Shown here: positions 1 to 13,300 of the stretch, piece after piece
Layout of the letters: each line of letters opens with the position of its first letter
Numbering within the stretch: the first letter of the stretch is position 1
Assembly: GCF_003918875.1 (NCBI RefSeq)
Contig: NW_025767730.1
Coordinates: 186,001 to 250,000, forward strand
Length of the DNA: 64,000 bases
Reading direction: 5' to 3'
Source: Haliotis rubra
Lineage: Eukaryota
Made by a program: the position numbers and the translations under genes
The notes under the pieces: model-generated
What the model saw: the letters and a program-made list of their open reading frames with translations, nothing else
Told to the model about the DNA's origin: nothing
Database searches by the model: none

Positions 1-1720
1 ATTGCGGGAACCTCTGGGTGTCCTGCCTCTTCCTGATCCTCCTCTATAGTTGCCATATGGGTTTAATTTTAAAAGAATCTTTACCTCTAGAGCTGGCTAT
101 CTTCCTGTCTCTTGCTCTTTGTAGGCCCGTGAACTTAGATCTGCCTGAGTATCTTTGTGAAGTCTGACCTAATGACGCGCTGGCTAGTGTGTCCATCGAT
201 CTAATCATAAGGACTTCCCTGGAATCCTTAGAGACTTCCTTGGCGACTTTGTCGATTTCTCCGTCAAAGATGGATGTTGTCGACCACGGGCTGTATAAAG
301 TGGGCTGTAAAGTTCTCCCCCAATTACAGGAGGCGAGGAGGCCTTGACGACGCAGCTAAGGTCAGTGCTGCTGAAACAGATGTAAGATGATCCGTAAAAA
401 CTGCTGATCTTTCTTTGCATAAGTAAGGCAGAATAAATCATTCTATCATCTTCCGTCGTGGAATCCCGGAATCTAGTAATAAGAGTCTCATTGATCGGTC
501 CTAGATCTATTTAACCCAAAGAACATCGCCTTCGCCATGGTTTCTATATGAGCCAACTTGCGATCATCCATCTTGTAAATCTTGTTCTTTACATCGCTGA
601 TGATCTTATAGTTCTCATCGATGTCCTGGGCCTTTGTAGAAGGAGTCCATGTTATGCGTGGAGAACTTCTTGGCTTGAAAGTTGGGCAGATGTGGTATCT
701 GAACTTTCGTAGCTTTCTGGAAAGCTGCATCTAGATTCTGTGGCACTGCCGCAATCGGGTCGATCGGGGTAGAGTGATTGCATCTGGATCATCTTCCTTC
801 ATCAAATACGCCTCATGCTGTATTGCCACTTTTAGATGGTGATGTGAGATCTAGGTTATTGACCATCCAATACCGTGATCTCTGCATCAGAAAATATGAT
901 TCCTCCATCATCCTCAAAACCATCATCATTAACAAATTGTAGATGCTCTTCGACTGCGTGTAGCTGTCTGTATATCTGATGAGGTTTGTGGCGATCTAGT
1001 TGACTTTGTCGCTTCTATGTGGAGATCTGACGGGTGATCGAACCTGGTGATGAACGAAGTGGAGATCGCCTATGGGATGATCTTCTCTCGAGACTTGTGA
1101 GGTGAATGTTGATAGCTTCGGCGAAGCTCTTCGGCAGTCCCTCGATGTTCTTCTAGATGATGAAGATCTGGAATCATATGTCCTTTCAGCGAATGCCTTC
1201 GCTGAAGCTTCATTTGGCGTCCGTCCGGGGATCGATGATATGACCTTCGCGAAGGCTTCCGTGGATGTCTGATGGTCTGAGTCCATATCTAGAGATGAAA
1301 TCAAGATGGTGATGATCTCTCCCGCCTTCGCTGGAAGGCCTTAGCGAAAGGCTGTACATCTAGGTCCTTCAGTAAATAGTAAAGGATACTAGCTATACCT
1401 CTATAGTAACCTATGAGAGGTAAAAACTAAGAGATTATCAAAGGATATGGTGTGTAAGGAGACACAAGGCTCTCACATCCTGCTCACTGGGCTTAAGAAG
1501 GAGAGAGTGAAGCACATGGCCAGAGGGTGGCGACACCTTTCCGCCAGGGGAAGCAAAGGGGAGCAACTCGTGGTGAGTACCAATTAGTGATTTTATTTTG
1601 AAGGGGCTTCAAATAAGGAGATACAAGTGTTCCACTATGTTCGCAAGAAGAAGAAGACAAGCAAAAGAGCATGAGTCAGGATAAGGAAAAATAGGAATTT
1701 TCTATAAAGTTCTTATTTTC
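1..1720 (-). mobile_element. 5' portion of a DIRS-like (tyrosine recombinase) retrotransposon in ERMP1 intron 4: terminal repeat plus fragmented gag-like region, continuing beyond the window start
   Basis: 1500-1691 (gagagagtga...gagcaactcgtggtgagt...caagtgttccacta...gcaaaagagcatgagtcaggataaggaaaaat) is colinear with the terminal repeat of the DIRS element at 29000-29200. Minus-strand low-complexity ORF fragments (205-441, 488-730, 996-1304) lie where gag is expected. The gag identity is inferred from position only. Confidence 0.65.
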
Positions 1721-3032
1721 TGAAAATCACTTCAATAATGTGAAAATAAGAAGTAATGTCTCTTTATAAATATTGTCACTGTTATCAGTGAAAGACACAA
1801 CAATTGGTCATAACAATGTTAGAACCATAACCAAAACTTTCAACAGTTCAAGAATGATATTTTGGTACTCATAACCATATTAAATACATTAGAAAGACGA
1901 AAGTTTGTCTAAAAGGCTAACTAAATAGGTTTTAAGGAAATAATGTTTAAGCATTTGAACATGATCAGTTCTGTAACCCAAACTGATCATCTTCTTAGAT
2001 GTAAAAAACACCCAACAGAATAAATATGTAAAGGATAATAATAGAAATCATCTTTGGTCACAGACTCACTCATACATGTACTCAGATTTTCTCTTAAAGC
2101 TAAAAAAATCAGCCTTTTCCACTCATTGTATGCCTCATTTGTTTAATCATACAAGAAGTATCAAACTTGTCACTTTAGCACGGAAAGGAGATGATTTATC
2201 AGGCATAATTTTGTGCAACATTAAAATGCACATGGCCTTTATTCTATCTCATCCTTTGTTTCAGGTATCACTGGCACTACCCCACTAGGACCCCTGCCCT
2301 TTCAGTATCTCAAGCATCCCTTATTTCACACAATGACGTTCATGATGTGTTTGCCGTATTTACTTCCCAGTAAAATATTGATGTATCTCATAAATATAGT
2401 GGAACAAGCATTTAATCAGCTGGTAATGTCAGCCATATTGTATCTTGATGGTGTTGTTAATAGTGTCATGTCCCTATGTCTCATGTCACTAGTTCGCATG
2501 ACACTGTCTAAACCAGCCACAAACAGCTATAAACCATTGAAATCACTGACATCATCATTAAACTTGATGAAGCAGCAAAAAAACATTCAACACTGATACA
2601 AAATCTCCTCACAAATATTCCCCAGCAGGTTTCCATGGTAACGCATTTCATCTGAGTTTTCCACACCACCTTCCTTATGTCCCAGTTTGGATGATCTGGC
2701 TCAAAGTACAGGGACAAGAACATTGAACTATTTCCTGTTCAAGAGATAAGAAGGCCATATCTTGAGTGATGTTGGAAGTGAAAGACAGGATTACGCCATT
2801 AGAAGAAACAATCCAAAGAGATCTAGATACACTGACAGACTGACACTGTTATAGTTTCATTCAGGTTCCTATCTCAGTAGGTTGTTGCTGTTTTATAAAT
2901 CATTTTGGAAATGAATATTCCTCATTTTCACCCCTCACCATAAGCATAACTAACTTTTCATTTTATCTTAAATAAATAGTTTTGCATTATATCATTTGTA
3001 AAAATATCCAAATGATGTCACTTAAGATAGTA

Positions 3033-3629
3033 GTCTTGACATTCACTATCTGAAGCAGACTGTCTTGACATTCACTATCTGAAGCAGACTGTCTTGACAT
3101 TCATGATCTGAAGCAGACTGTCTTGACATTCATGATCTGAAGCAGCCTGTCTTGACATTCACGATCTGAAGCAGACTGTCTTGACATTCACTATCTGAAG
3201 CAGACTGTCTTGACATTCACGATCTGAAGCAGACTGTCTTGACATTCACGATCTGAAGCAGACTGTCTTGACATTCACTATCTGAAGCAGACTGTCTTGA
3301 CATTCACGATCTGAAGCAGACTGTCTTGACATTCACTATCTGAAGCAGACTGTCTTGACATTCACGATCTGAAGCAGACTGTCTTGACATTCACGATCTG
3401 AAGCAGACTGTCTTGACATTCACTATCTGAAGCAGACTGTCTTGACATTCACGATCTGAAGCAGACTGTCTTGACATTCACGATCTGAAGCAGACTGTCT
3501 TGACATTCACGATCTGAAGCAGACTGTCTTGACATTCACTATCTGAAGCAGACTGTCTTGACATTCACGATCTGAAGCAGACTGTCTTGACATTCACGAT
3601 CTGAAGCAGACTGTCTTGACATTCACTAT
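3033..3629. repeat. 29-bp minisatellite, about 20 copies (gtcttgacattcac(t/g)atctgaagcagact)
   Basis: Tandem units read directly; variants cacta/cacga/catga. Confidence 0.97.
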
Positions 3630-4303
3630 TAGAAGCACTGGATTCACATGCAGTTTCCAAAATTACATGGCTTGAGCATTCATTATTTAACAATAATAAA
3701 TTCTTTCATTATGCTTTATCATTATTAATATATGACGTCTATTTCTGTTATAACTGGCAAGGATAATGAGTGAATTTGTGACGTTTCACTGAACAAGCCA
3801 ATTACTTTGTACTAATGTCTTCATAACTGAATAAAACTATATGAGACACGCACAACATGCAGATGCACTACTGTTTCCTGACTGACTGAAGATTGGGCTC
3901 GGCCTTGTTTTGATTACTGGGCTGAATGATGTCACTGACTAGTGTTGTCTACTGATTATTTTGTTTGTTAATGAGTAAATAAACAGTCTGTGAAGTTTTT
4001 ATTGTTGACATATATTTGTTTAGGAATGAAATAGTTTTGTACCTTCAAGGTACTAAAATGCAAAAACTAATGTGTACAACTTGTGTAAATCCACTATACA
4101 GCATGCACACCAAGTTTCACATTACCTCAAAAAATGATAAAAATACTGGAGTAAATTTCATATATAAAAGTATTTAATGTTAACCAAGATCAATATATGA
4201 CATATATATTTAAGTTTGTAAAAGGACATAAAAATGGTTAAAGAAGTTCTGTCTTCTGTAGAGTGAGAGATCACCACTGTCGCCATGGTTGCTGCCAACT
4301 CAC

Positions 4304-7300
4304 CTGGGATATTGCCGTAATCCCGAAACACTCGATAGTCGGTGTCTGATGGGACAAGTCCGCTCTGGAAGATCTCCTGACAGACTGCTGAGCCACAGGG
4401 ATACTTGGCGAGTCAGCGTATGCTCTAACCAGCCAAGGATGCTCTGGACCTATAGCAGGGGTTACCATGGTTACACATAGAAGGCAAAACCATGTAATTT
4501 GAAAACTACTTTTTTAAAATTATTTTCTTAAACAAAACAGGAACACAATATCACAATACAAAAGGGGTGGGGGTGTTTTCTATGCCTCAGTCAGCAATGT
4601 ATCATGGCCATCTGCTAAAATTCACGCCTTGACTAGTCACACGAGTGGTTGACTGCATGAGTGAATACTGGACACCAGAATTGGCTTCACACATTGTACC
4701 GATGTGGGGACTTGAAACCAGGTCGTCAGCATGAGAAAAGGATAACCATTAACCATTAGGCTACCCCACCGCCCCATTGAGGGCATGAGCAATGAACCAT
4801 TTTGGACGAACAAGCACTGAACCTGTCTGGCCACTTGTTGCTGCTTCCATGATAGAAGTAGGTATGGGGTACTGATGCATGCAAAATGGTAAGGGACAGG
4901 GATGGAGTGAATCTGAAGGGGCTCTAACATACTGTTCCTCTCTCTATGCTTTCTCTATACACAAACATCTAGTAACTGAAATACAAACACTTTACAGAAA
5001 AACACATTGTAAACATATTTTAATAAAATATAAAGAAAAAAAACAGTTCGGAAACTTTCTTAATTTTCAGAACTGCAGTAATCTAGACTTGCCAACTATT
5101 TTCACCTTAAATGTGGAATAATAATGTACAGATGAACTATTTCTTTCTCACTACAATTGTTAGCTCTGCTACTGATAACTGACGGAAGGTCACACTGCCT
5201 GTGTAGCCATTGGTGAGTCATCCACTCCCTGTTACCCCGGTACAGGCAGGTGTCACGTCCCCTGTCTGATAGTATCACAGGTGTCTAGAAACAGTTTACT
5301 GAGTTTTGAGCAGGAGCATTTCTCAACATTTAGGTTTTGTTAAGTGATGTGAGTTTCCAGCGGTGTATCACAATAGGGTGCCTAGTTCGATAGCATCGAA
5401 TGTGCTGATTAACCCATCAATTATTAATTTTATATCAATATTACAGAGTAAAAATGTTAATATTATCAAGGATGTATGTCTATTTTTATACTTTGTTGAC
5501 AAGAAACACAAATCTAAATGAAATATATATGTGCTCTACTTATCATCAATTTATGTACATGTATTTTGGGCCGGAGGCCTGTTACTGAAATAAAATTCTG
5601 TTCTGTTCTGTTCTGAATGTGCTGATTAACAAGTTATAAACAGCTTCAATGACATTTTTCTACAAACTGATTGTCAGAATTATGGATACGGGATGTAATA
5701 TTTAACTATTGTTCTGGTGAAATGTGGCATCAGTGACATCACAGAACAGTGTAAAAGATGGAAGTGTTATAGTCGTTTGTACCAGTATCACAGTTGTTCA
5801 TACACATGCAGCATTTTTCTGTGCCCACTGTGACCAAAGCCCAGTGGAAGAGTGAATTGCATTCATAAACTGTCATCAACAGTGTACATAACAAATTTGG
5901 ATTTCATCGTTATTTGTGTTTGAAAATGTTGAACTGACATTTTAATTTAACTCTTAAAGTTTGACAAGTGACTTGAAGACACAAATTTGCCTTGATGAAA
6001 TATCTCAACATTGGAACACCATAGTTATTTTTTGTGTATAACGTGATCACTGAAAACTGGTGAAGTATTGCTCAAGTTGCCAAATATGGAACATTACGGT
6101 CCTGGCGGCCTTGCTCAACCAATGAAGCCGGTAGAGAATCATACAAAAGAGAAAACACCTGGCTAACGTACTTTGTCTTGAATGTAAAATATTTTGATTA
6201 CAGTAGCATAATTACATATGTACCACGAATCGGTGTTACGTCGCCGAAAACAAGTGAAACTGGGATATACATTGTAACAGATACCCAGGTACAATACTTA
6301 TAAGTCAGCCGTTCACTGTCTACACTGTTTCTGTGATACACCATCAACACCTAAACCCAAGCACAAAGAATGTTCTTCATAAAATGCTTAAAAGAAACCC
6401 GCAACTCACAAACTGGCACCCATGATGTTATCACACAAAGGGACTTGAACTATCCTCTAATACCTGGAAGACACAGGGCTGACAAATCCCATCCCTGTCA
6501 ACACTGCCACTTAGCAGTGGGCCATCTTTGAAACAACAGGCATAATCTGTAACATGGTCTCAATGTACACTGGTCAACTACAAACGTACATAAAGGTAAA
6601 CAAATCTTCAGTTGGTACAGGACAACATATTCAGAGTTTTCATTTTAGCCTAAGATTGAATGCATGGTGGGCTGTGTAAAGAGATATGTCTGTCTGAGTT
6701 GTGACTACCTGTTTGAAAGACCAGCTCCCAGCCACCAGCTCCAGCCGAGTCCAGATTGACAAATGCCCTGATCTTGTCTGCCCATCTGTGTTGTGTGATG
6801 AATCCATGACTTGCCTGAAAGAAAGCTTGTACTGCAAGTAATGGCGTTTTTGTCGATATCATCAATGCTAATATCACAACCTTAATGAGGAAGAAATTTA
6901 AACTAATGAAGACCACAGATGACTTTTTATTGTGGTGCTACATGACATGGATCATAATTGGGGTGATTCTGGGATCCAAACCAAGGATCTAGCATGACAA
7001 ATTAGGATGTAGTGAGTTGGTGAGTGAATATTGTGTCATGCTCCATCAGCAAATATGCACTTACCGGTATTCTTGATCACAAGGACCACCATATAACACT
7101 AACACTATGTACATACATAAGTTAACTAAACATTTTTGAATGAAAACATGACACAAACTTTGAAGTGAAAATATAGACAACACTAATTTAATGTTGATAA
7201 AATTTTATTTCAGGAAGAATGAGAAGTCTTTCGTCCATGAATGATAGTACCAGCACCATCTGATGTCACAGAGGCACCACACTACAAACACACAACTGCA

Positions 7301-10300
7301 TCACATCTGTCAGTGCCTAGTGTGACCACCTGTTTGAAGCTGATATAGAAAGGTTCTTGCAATTATTTGTAACTATAGAAAAAACCTGGGTTCAGCACTG
7401 CTAGCCTAAGTTAAAAAAAACCCCAGTCGTAACAGTGGATGTATATGATATCACCAACACCTAAGAATGCAAAGACTGTTCCATCATTTGGTATGGTCAT
7501 GGCCTCTGTGTTTGGGCATGCCTGAGGTGTTATCATGGAGGACTATTTTCTGCCACACAATGTAATGGAGCATATTTTAAGGTTTGATTTAATCACAGGA
7601 TAAAAATAAGAGTAAGAGTCATGGGAAGGTGAGTAAAGGTGTGCTCTTCACTTAGCACTGTCCATAGGTGTGAAACTGAAAGCAACACAGACGGAATGTC
7701 CTGTGCATACCACAAGCACTTTCAGTTTAACGTCTGGGTCAGAGCATCCAGCATGTTACTGTTAGGGACCGATCGTAATTTAAGGCCTTTTTTATATGAT
7801 TTATTATTTTTTTTATTTATATATTAATTAATTAAAACATTTATTTTATTTATTTTTTTTTGGGGAAGAAGGGAGGAGAAAGAATGATGATGATTTTTGA
7901 GGGGGTCACCCATTTTGTTCTGGGAAGGTAGGAGGGGTGTCATTTATTTAAATATTTAAAAACGAAACATGAGTGAGTGGGAGTGAGTGAGTAGACTCTT
8001 CCAGATCCTTCCAAATCAACTCGGTCCCTTAAGTGAGGAGTGCGTGTGGTAGCCTAAAGGTTAAAGGCGCCTGCTCGCCACGCTGAAGACCCGGGTTCAA
8101 TTCCCCACATGGGCACAATGTGTGAAGCCCATTTCTGGTGTCCCCCACCGTGATATTGCTGGAATATTGCTAAAGCGGCGTAAAACCATACTCACTCCAA
8201 ATCAACTGAGCAACTGTATACTCATGTAGCACAAAACAATAGCACATAAGATTGCTTGTTACCATGGTTACAATGATCAACCTCACTGATCAGGTCATGT
8301 GTAACGGAAAAGGCCCATCAGATACTGAGTGACACAGGTCAGATATTAGTCAATCACTTTACGGGAAACCACACAGATTCACTCACGCATCTTGGATCCT
8401 GAATCAGCACAGTTTACTGGGGGAACATACAAATTCCGTCAGGCATTCAGGGTTCTGAATTAGCTGTACACAGATGGTTGGACATCCCACCATTTACCAC
8501 TGCTTAGTGTTTATTGTGCCCTGTCCTTCATTCCAAAGTGGCGTTTACTTCTAGCCACGTACAATCCCCTAAAGTGTAGGAAGTGACATCAATGACTAAA
8601 ACATTCACCACCTTGGTCATGGTGTTCTAGTACGCCATTATGGTCTTCAGTAGCATCAGTTGACACTAAGAACAAGGTGTAAATTAGAGCTGTACGGAAT
8701 CCAATAGGAGGAAACAACATATATCATAAATATAGTGAAATGAATAGATTATTTTATTAAAGACGTGTCACATGCTGTGGACATATGAAGATACAGCACC
8801 CGGCCAACTTGGCCTACGAGACACTTGTTACTTGATAAATATAAAATACATATAAAATACAAAAGTGAATAAAATAGTCATAACTTTGTTTATGTACATA
8901 CATACAGATGGACACATACATACATGCACATACATACACATACATGCACATGCAAACAACATACATCATAAATATAGCGAACTGAATAGAAATACCTTTT
9001 TATGAACACAATAGAAAGTCATCAATGGCTAAACAACAACAAAATGTTATTTGACATGTCACCTTTCGATAAACAACAGAGGAATTCAAGCGAAGAAAAC
9101 CCCGTTAAATTTTGTTGTTGTAAACACATTTGATTCTAGTGCTCATTATTGAAACATGTAATTTTTAAAGTAAAATTGATATTTTATACTTATCCTGACT
9201 CATGATCTTTGCTTATCTCCGTCTTCTATGCGAATGTTAGTGGAACACTTGAGTCATAACAGCCCAAGTGTGAATAGTATCATGTCAACAACTAGAAGCC
9301 ATACTAACTGAAATAAATGCATGAATAAAACCATAGTGAAGATGAAATATGTACATGGTACCTGTAGGATGTTTTCCTCAATTTATTCAAATAATAAATC
9401 AGGGCTCCAGATAACTTTTGGAGGTGTGAGTGTACTTACACATCATATTGCAAGTGGAGGTGTACTGAGAATTTTGAAGGAGTACTGACATGTTTTTGTG
9501 TGAGCGAGTTGGTGATTTGGTTTGTCTGGACAATTCATCAATCACTATTTCCAACCATGTATTTGTATTTGAAAATGCGTGAGAAATAACTGAGCGACCG
9601 TGTGATGCGCGAAATGTCAGGTCCGACTGGATATAAATAGGAACAGTGTAGTTTTTAGCCGAAAAATAGTGACGCATATCGTCGCATGGCAACGCAAGTG
9701 ATTCCTACTGTCGGGGTTTCCTCATGTGTCAAATCATGTTTCGCAAAAAAAATTTGACAAGTATTTATCCGAAATAGATTTCCATTTGCACGATACGCAC
9801 GGAAATTAAATGTTAGACGTACAAAGTTATTCATGTGCGTACACGATACGCTTGAAATCTTATATTATGTCGTACTTAATTGATTTGAGGCGTACATTAC
9901 GCCTGTACGCCCCTTATCTGTAGCCCTGATAAATACATAAATAATACAAAGAAAAGACAAATGTACACAGTACCTGTAGGATGTTTTCCTCAGCTCCGTT
10001 GAAGAGGAAGACGATGTTATGCACCAGTGGTGTTTTCCTCTGAGACAAAGCCCTGAGGATCTCCAACATGAGTGTACAGCTGACAGCATCATCACTTGCA
10101 CCTGAAGCACATGTAACATGCTACATCACTCATCTAGCTCCATACATACATACAGAATACAGCTGACAGCATCATCACTTGCACCTGAAGCACATGTAAC
10201 ATCCTACATCACTCATCTAGCTCCATACATACATACAGAATACAGCTGACAGAATCATCACTTGTACCTGAAGCACATGTAACATCCTACATCACTCATC

Positions 10301-13300
10301 TAGCTCCATACATACATACATACAGAATACAGCTGACAGAATCATCACTTGGACCTGAAGCACATGTAACATCCTACATCACTCATCTAGCTCCATACAT
10401 ACATACATACAGAATACAGCTGACAGAATCATCACTTGTACCTGAAGCACATGTAACATCCTACATCACTCATCTAGCTCCATACATACAGACTACAGAA
10501 TACAGAATACAGCTGACAGAATCATCACTTGTACCTGAAGCACATGTAACATCCTACATCACTCATCTAGCTCCATACATACAGACTACAGAATACAGAA
10601 TACAGCTGACAGAATCATCACTTGTACCTGAAGCACATGTAACATCCTACATCACTCATCTAGCTCCATACATACATACATACAGAATACAGCTGACAGA
10701 ATCATCACTTGGACCTGAAGCACATGTAACATCCTACATCACTCATCTAGCTCCATACATACATACAGAATACAGCTGACAGAATCATCACTTGGACCTG
10801 AAGCACATGTTACTTCCTACATCACTCATCTAGCTCCATACATACATACATACAGAATACAGCTGACAGAATCATCACTTGGACCTGAAGCACATGTAAC
10901 ATCCTACATCACTCATCTAGCTCCATACATACATACAGAATACAGCTGACAGAATCATCACTTGTACCTGAAGCACATGTAACATCCTACATCACTCATC
11001 TAGCTCCATACATACATACAGAATACAGCTGACAGAATCATCACTTGTACCTGAAGCACATGTAACATCCTACATCACTCATCTAGCTCCATACATACAT
11101 ACATACATACAGAATACAGCTGACAGAATCATCACTTGCACCTGAAGCACATGTAACATCCTACATCACTCATCTAGCTCCATACATACATACAGAATAC
11201 AGCTGACAGAATCATCACTTGTACCTGAAGCACATGTAACATCCTACATCACTCATCTAGCTCCATACATACATACAGAATACAGCTGACAGAATCATCA
11301 CTTGTACCTGAAGCACATGTAACATCCTACATCACTCATCTAGCTCCATACATACATACATACAGAATACAGCTGACAGAATCATCACTTGTACCTGAAG
11401 CACATGTAACATCCTACATCACTCATCTAGCTCCATACATACATACAGAATACAGCTGACAGAATCATCACTTGTACCTGAAGCACATGTAACATCCTAC
11501 ATCACTCATCTAGCTCCATAAATACATACAGAATACAGCTGACAGAATCATCACTTGTACCTGAAGCACATGTAACATCCTACATCACTCATCTAGCTCC
11601 ATACATACATACAGAATACAGCTGACAGAATCATCACTTGTACCTGAAGCACATGTAACATCCTACATCAGCTCCATACACACATACATACAGACTACAG
11701 ACTCAAACTAAACTTGTTGCCATGGACAGTACAAATTCATTTTCTTAAAGGTCACATGCAACCAAAAAAACAAACATACTTAAAACACAATTATCACTTA
11801 TTCATGACATATAAGATACATTGCTGATTATGAAAAACATATAAACAAAATTATAAGCGTACAAAATCGCAAATCAATATTTTGTACTTGGGTTTACTTC
11901 CCTCGAAATGAAGCATCTGGGATACCGAACCCAGTCAGAGCGGGTGGGTATGCACTCAAGTTTAACGAAGCCTTTCATTGGCTGGTTCATTTGCCGATAC
12001 CCTGATGGCTCATTGTGTGTGTGTATATAGAGATGTTGGGTTTTGTAAATACATGCTCATTTTTCTGCATTTGTGTTAGATCCAATCAACAAATACTGAC
12101 ATGGTGAACTACTGCGAGGCTGGAAACTGTCGTTCATCCAAGTATAAAGCAGGACTTGAAACTGACAATCTGAGTTTGCACCGGTTTCCATCCGATCTAG
12201 TCATCCGAGAAAAATGGATGTAGTTTGTTTGCAACCCACAGACATAATACCATGTCATGTGTACAGGTATCACACCTGCCTGTCTGTGTAATTACATAAT
12301 GTGACAGAGACAGAACTCAGAGGCACGAGCCATAAATCAATGTATTTTGTTTATGGTGTATAGCCTGATAGGTGTTAAGTTCAAAGTGCATGTGGTCAGT
12401 GATCAAAGTTGTGTATTGCATATTGTCATTAGCAGACAGGTGTCATTAAAACAGACATTGAGTTTTGTCTGTGACTGAGACTGCTTATCACAATCAACAT
12501 ATTTTTCTGTTTCCATAGACATGTATTAAAACATTTCAGTTTTCAAGCTATGCAAGTCTTGAAAACTTGGTTTGCAAATCTGCCAACCCCCCAAAAGCAA
12601 GATGTGAAAACATATGAGAAAAAGTATGGCACCAGTGTATTTTTATTACTGCAGACCCAAGATGCTTGTAACCACAAGAAACATCTTTTGTTCTGCAACT
12701 TCGACCACAGCGATAATCCTTGCACGCATCACTTGCTGTGTTTTTACGAGTCGACTTCCCGGTTCAACCTGCGCGAACCTAATCACAGTTGTTGAAACCA
12801 CTTTTCACCCCAGCGCTGGTGTGAAATTAGTGAAGTGTTTGAACTCAGATTTCGCGGGGTTTTTTCATTGCGTTATTTTTCAACTTATAAGATGAATTTG
12901 CATTTTTGACAATTTTTTACTGTAAGTCCATACCGAAAGGTATCAGAATCTGCAAAGTTTGAGTTTTACGTTGCATGTGACCTTTAAAATTCCCAAATAG
13001 CAAAAGGTACCACTTCAGCCCTCGGTTAATATATGACCCCAGTTTGGATGAAAAGTGTCTAAACAAAGTTTTTTTGGAGCTGTCTACGCTCTACAAACAA
13101 AATCATACCCTTTTGAGACTAAGTCCAAATCATTTTCATGGTAATCAAGAAAAATATAAATGCCAATAATCTGCAAATAGCAAAATGCACCACTTCAAAA
13201 TCTATTTCATATTTCTGCCACGTTTTGTTGAAAGATATTGAACTATATTTTTGCGTTGTGTGCCGTGGAAACGACACCTATCTCCATTTCAGCCAAGTTT

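Noticed and set aside
3033-3629. 29-bp repeats as a CRISPR array (also considered for 10074-11690 and 49721-52110)
   Set aside because: The units are directly adjacent with no unique spacers, there are no cas genes, and the context is eukaryotic.
1721-4300. Further ERMP1 exons
   Set aside because: I found no segment encoding the expected next motif (D-x-A...NGY-x-YHT) with valid splice sites, so the remaining exons are probably outside the window.
4405-4415. Programmed ribosomal frameshifting or RNA editing as an explanation for the broken exons
   Set aside because: There is no canonical slippery heptamer here. Same-polarity single-base losses in unrelated genes are more simply explained by consensus error.
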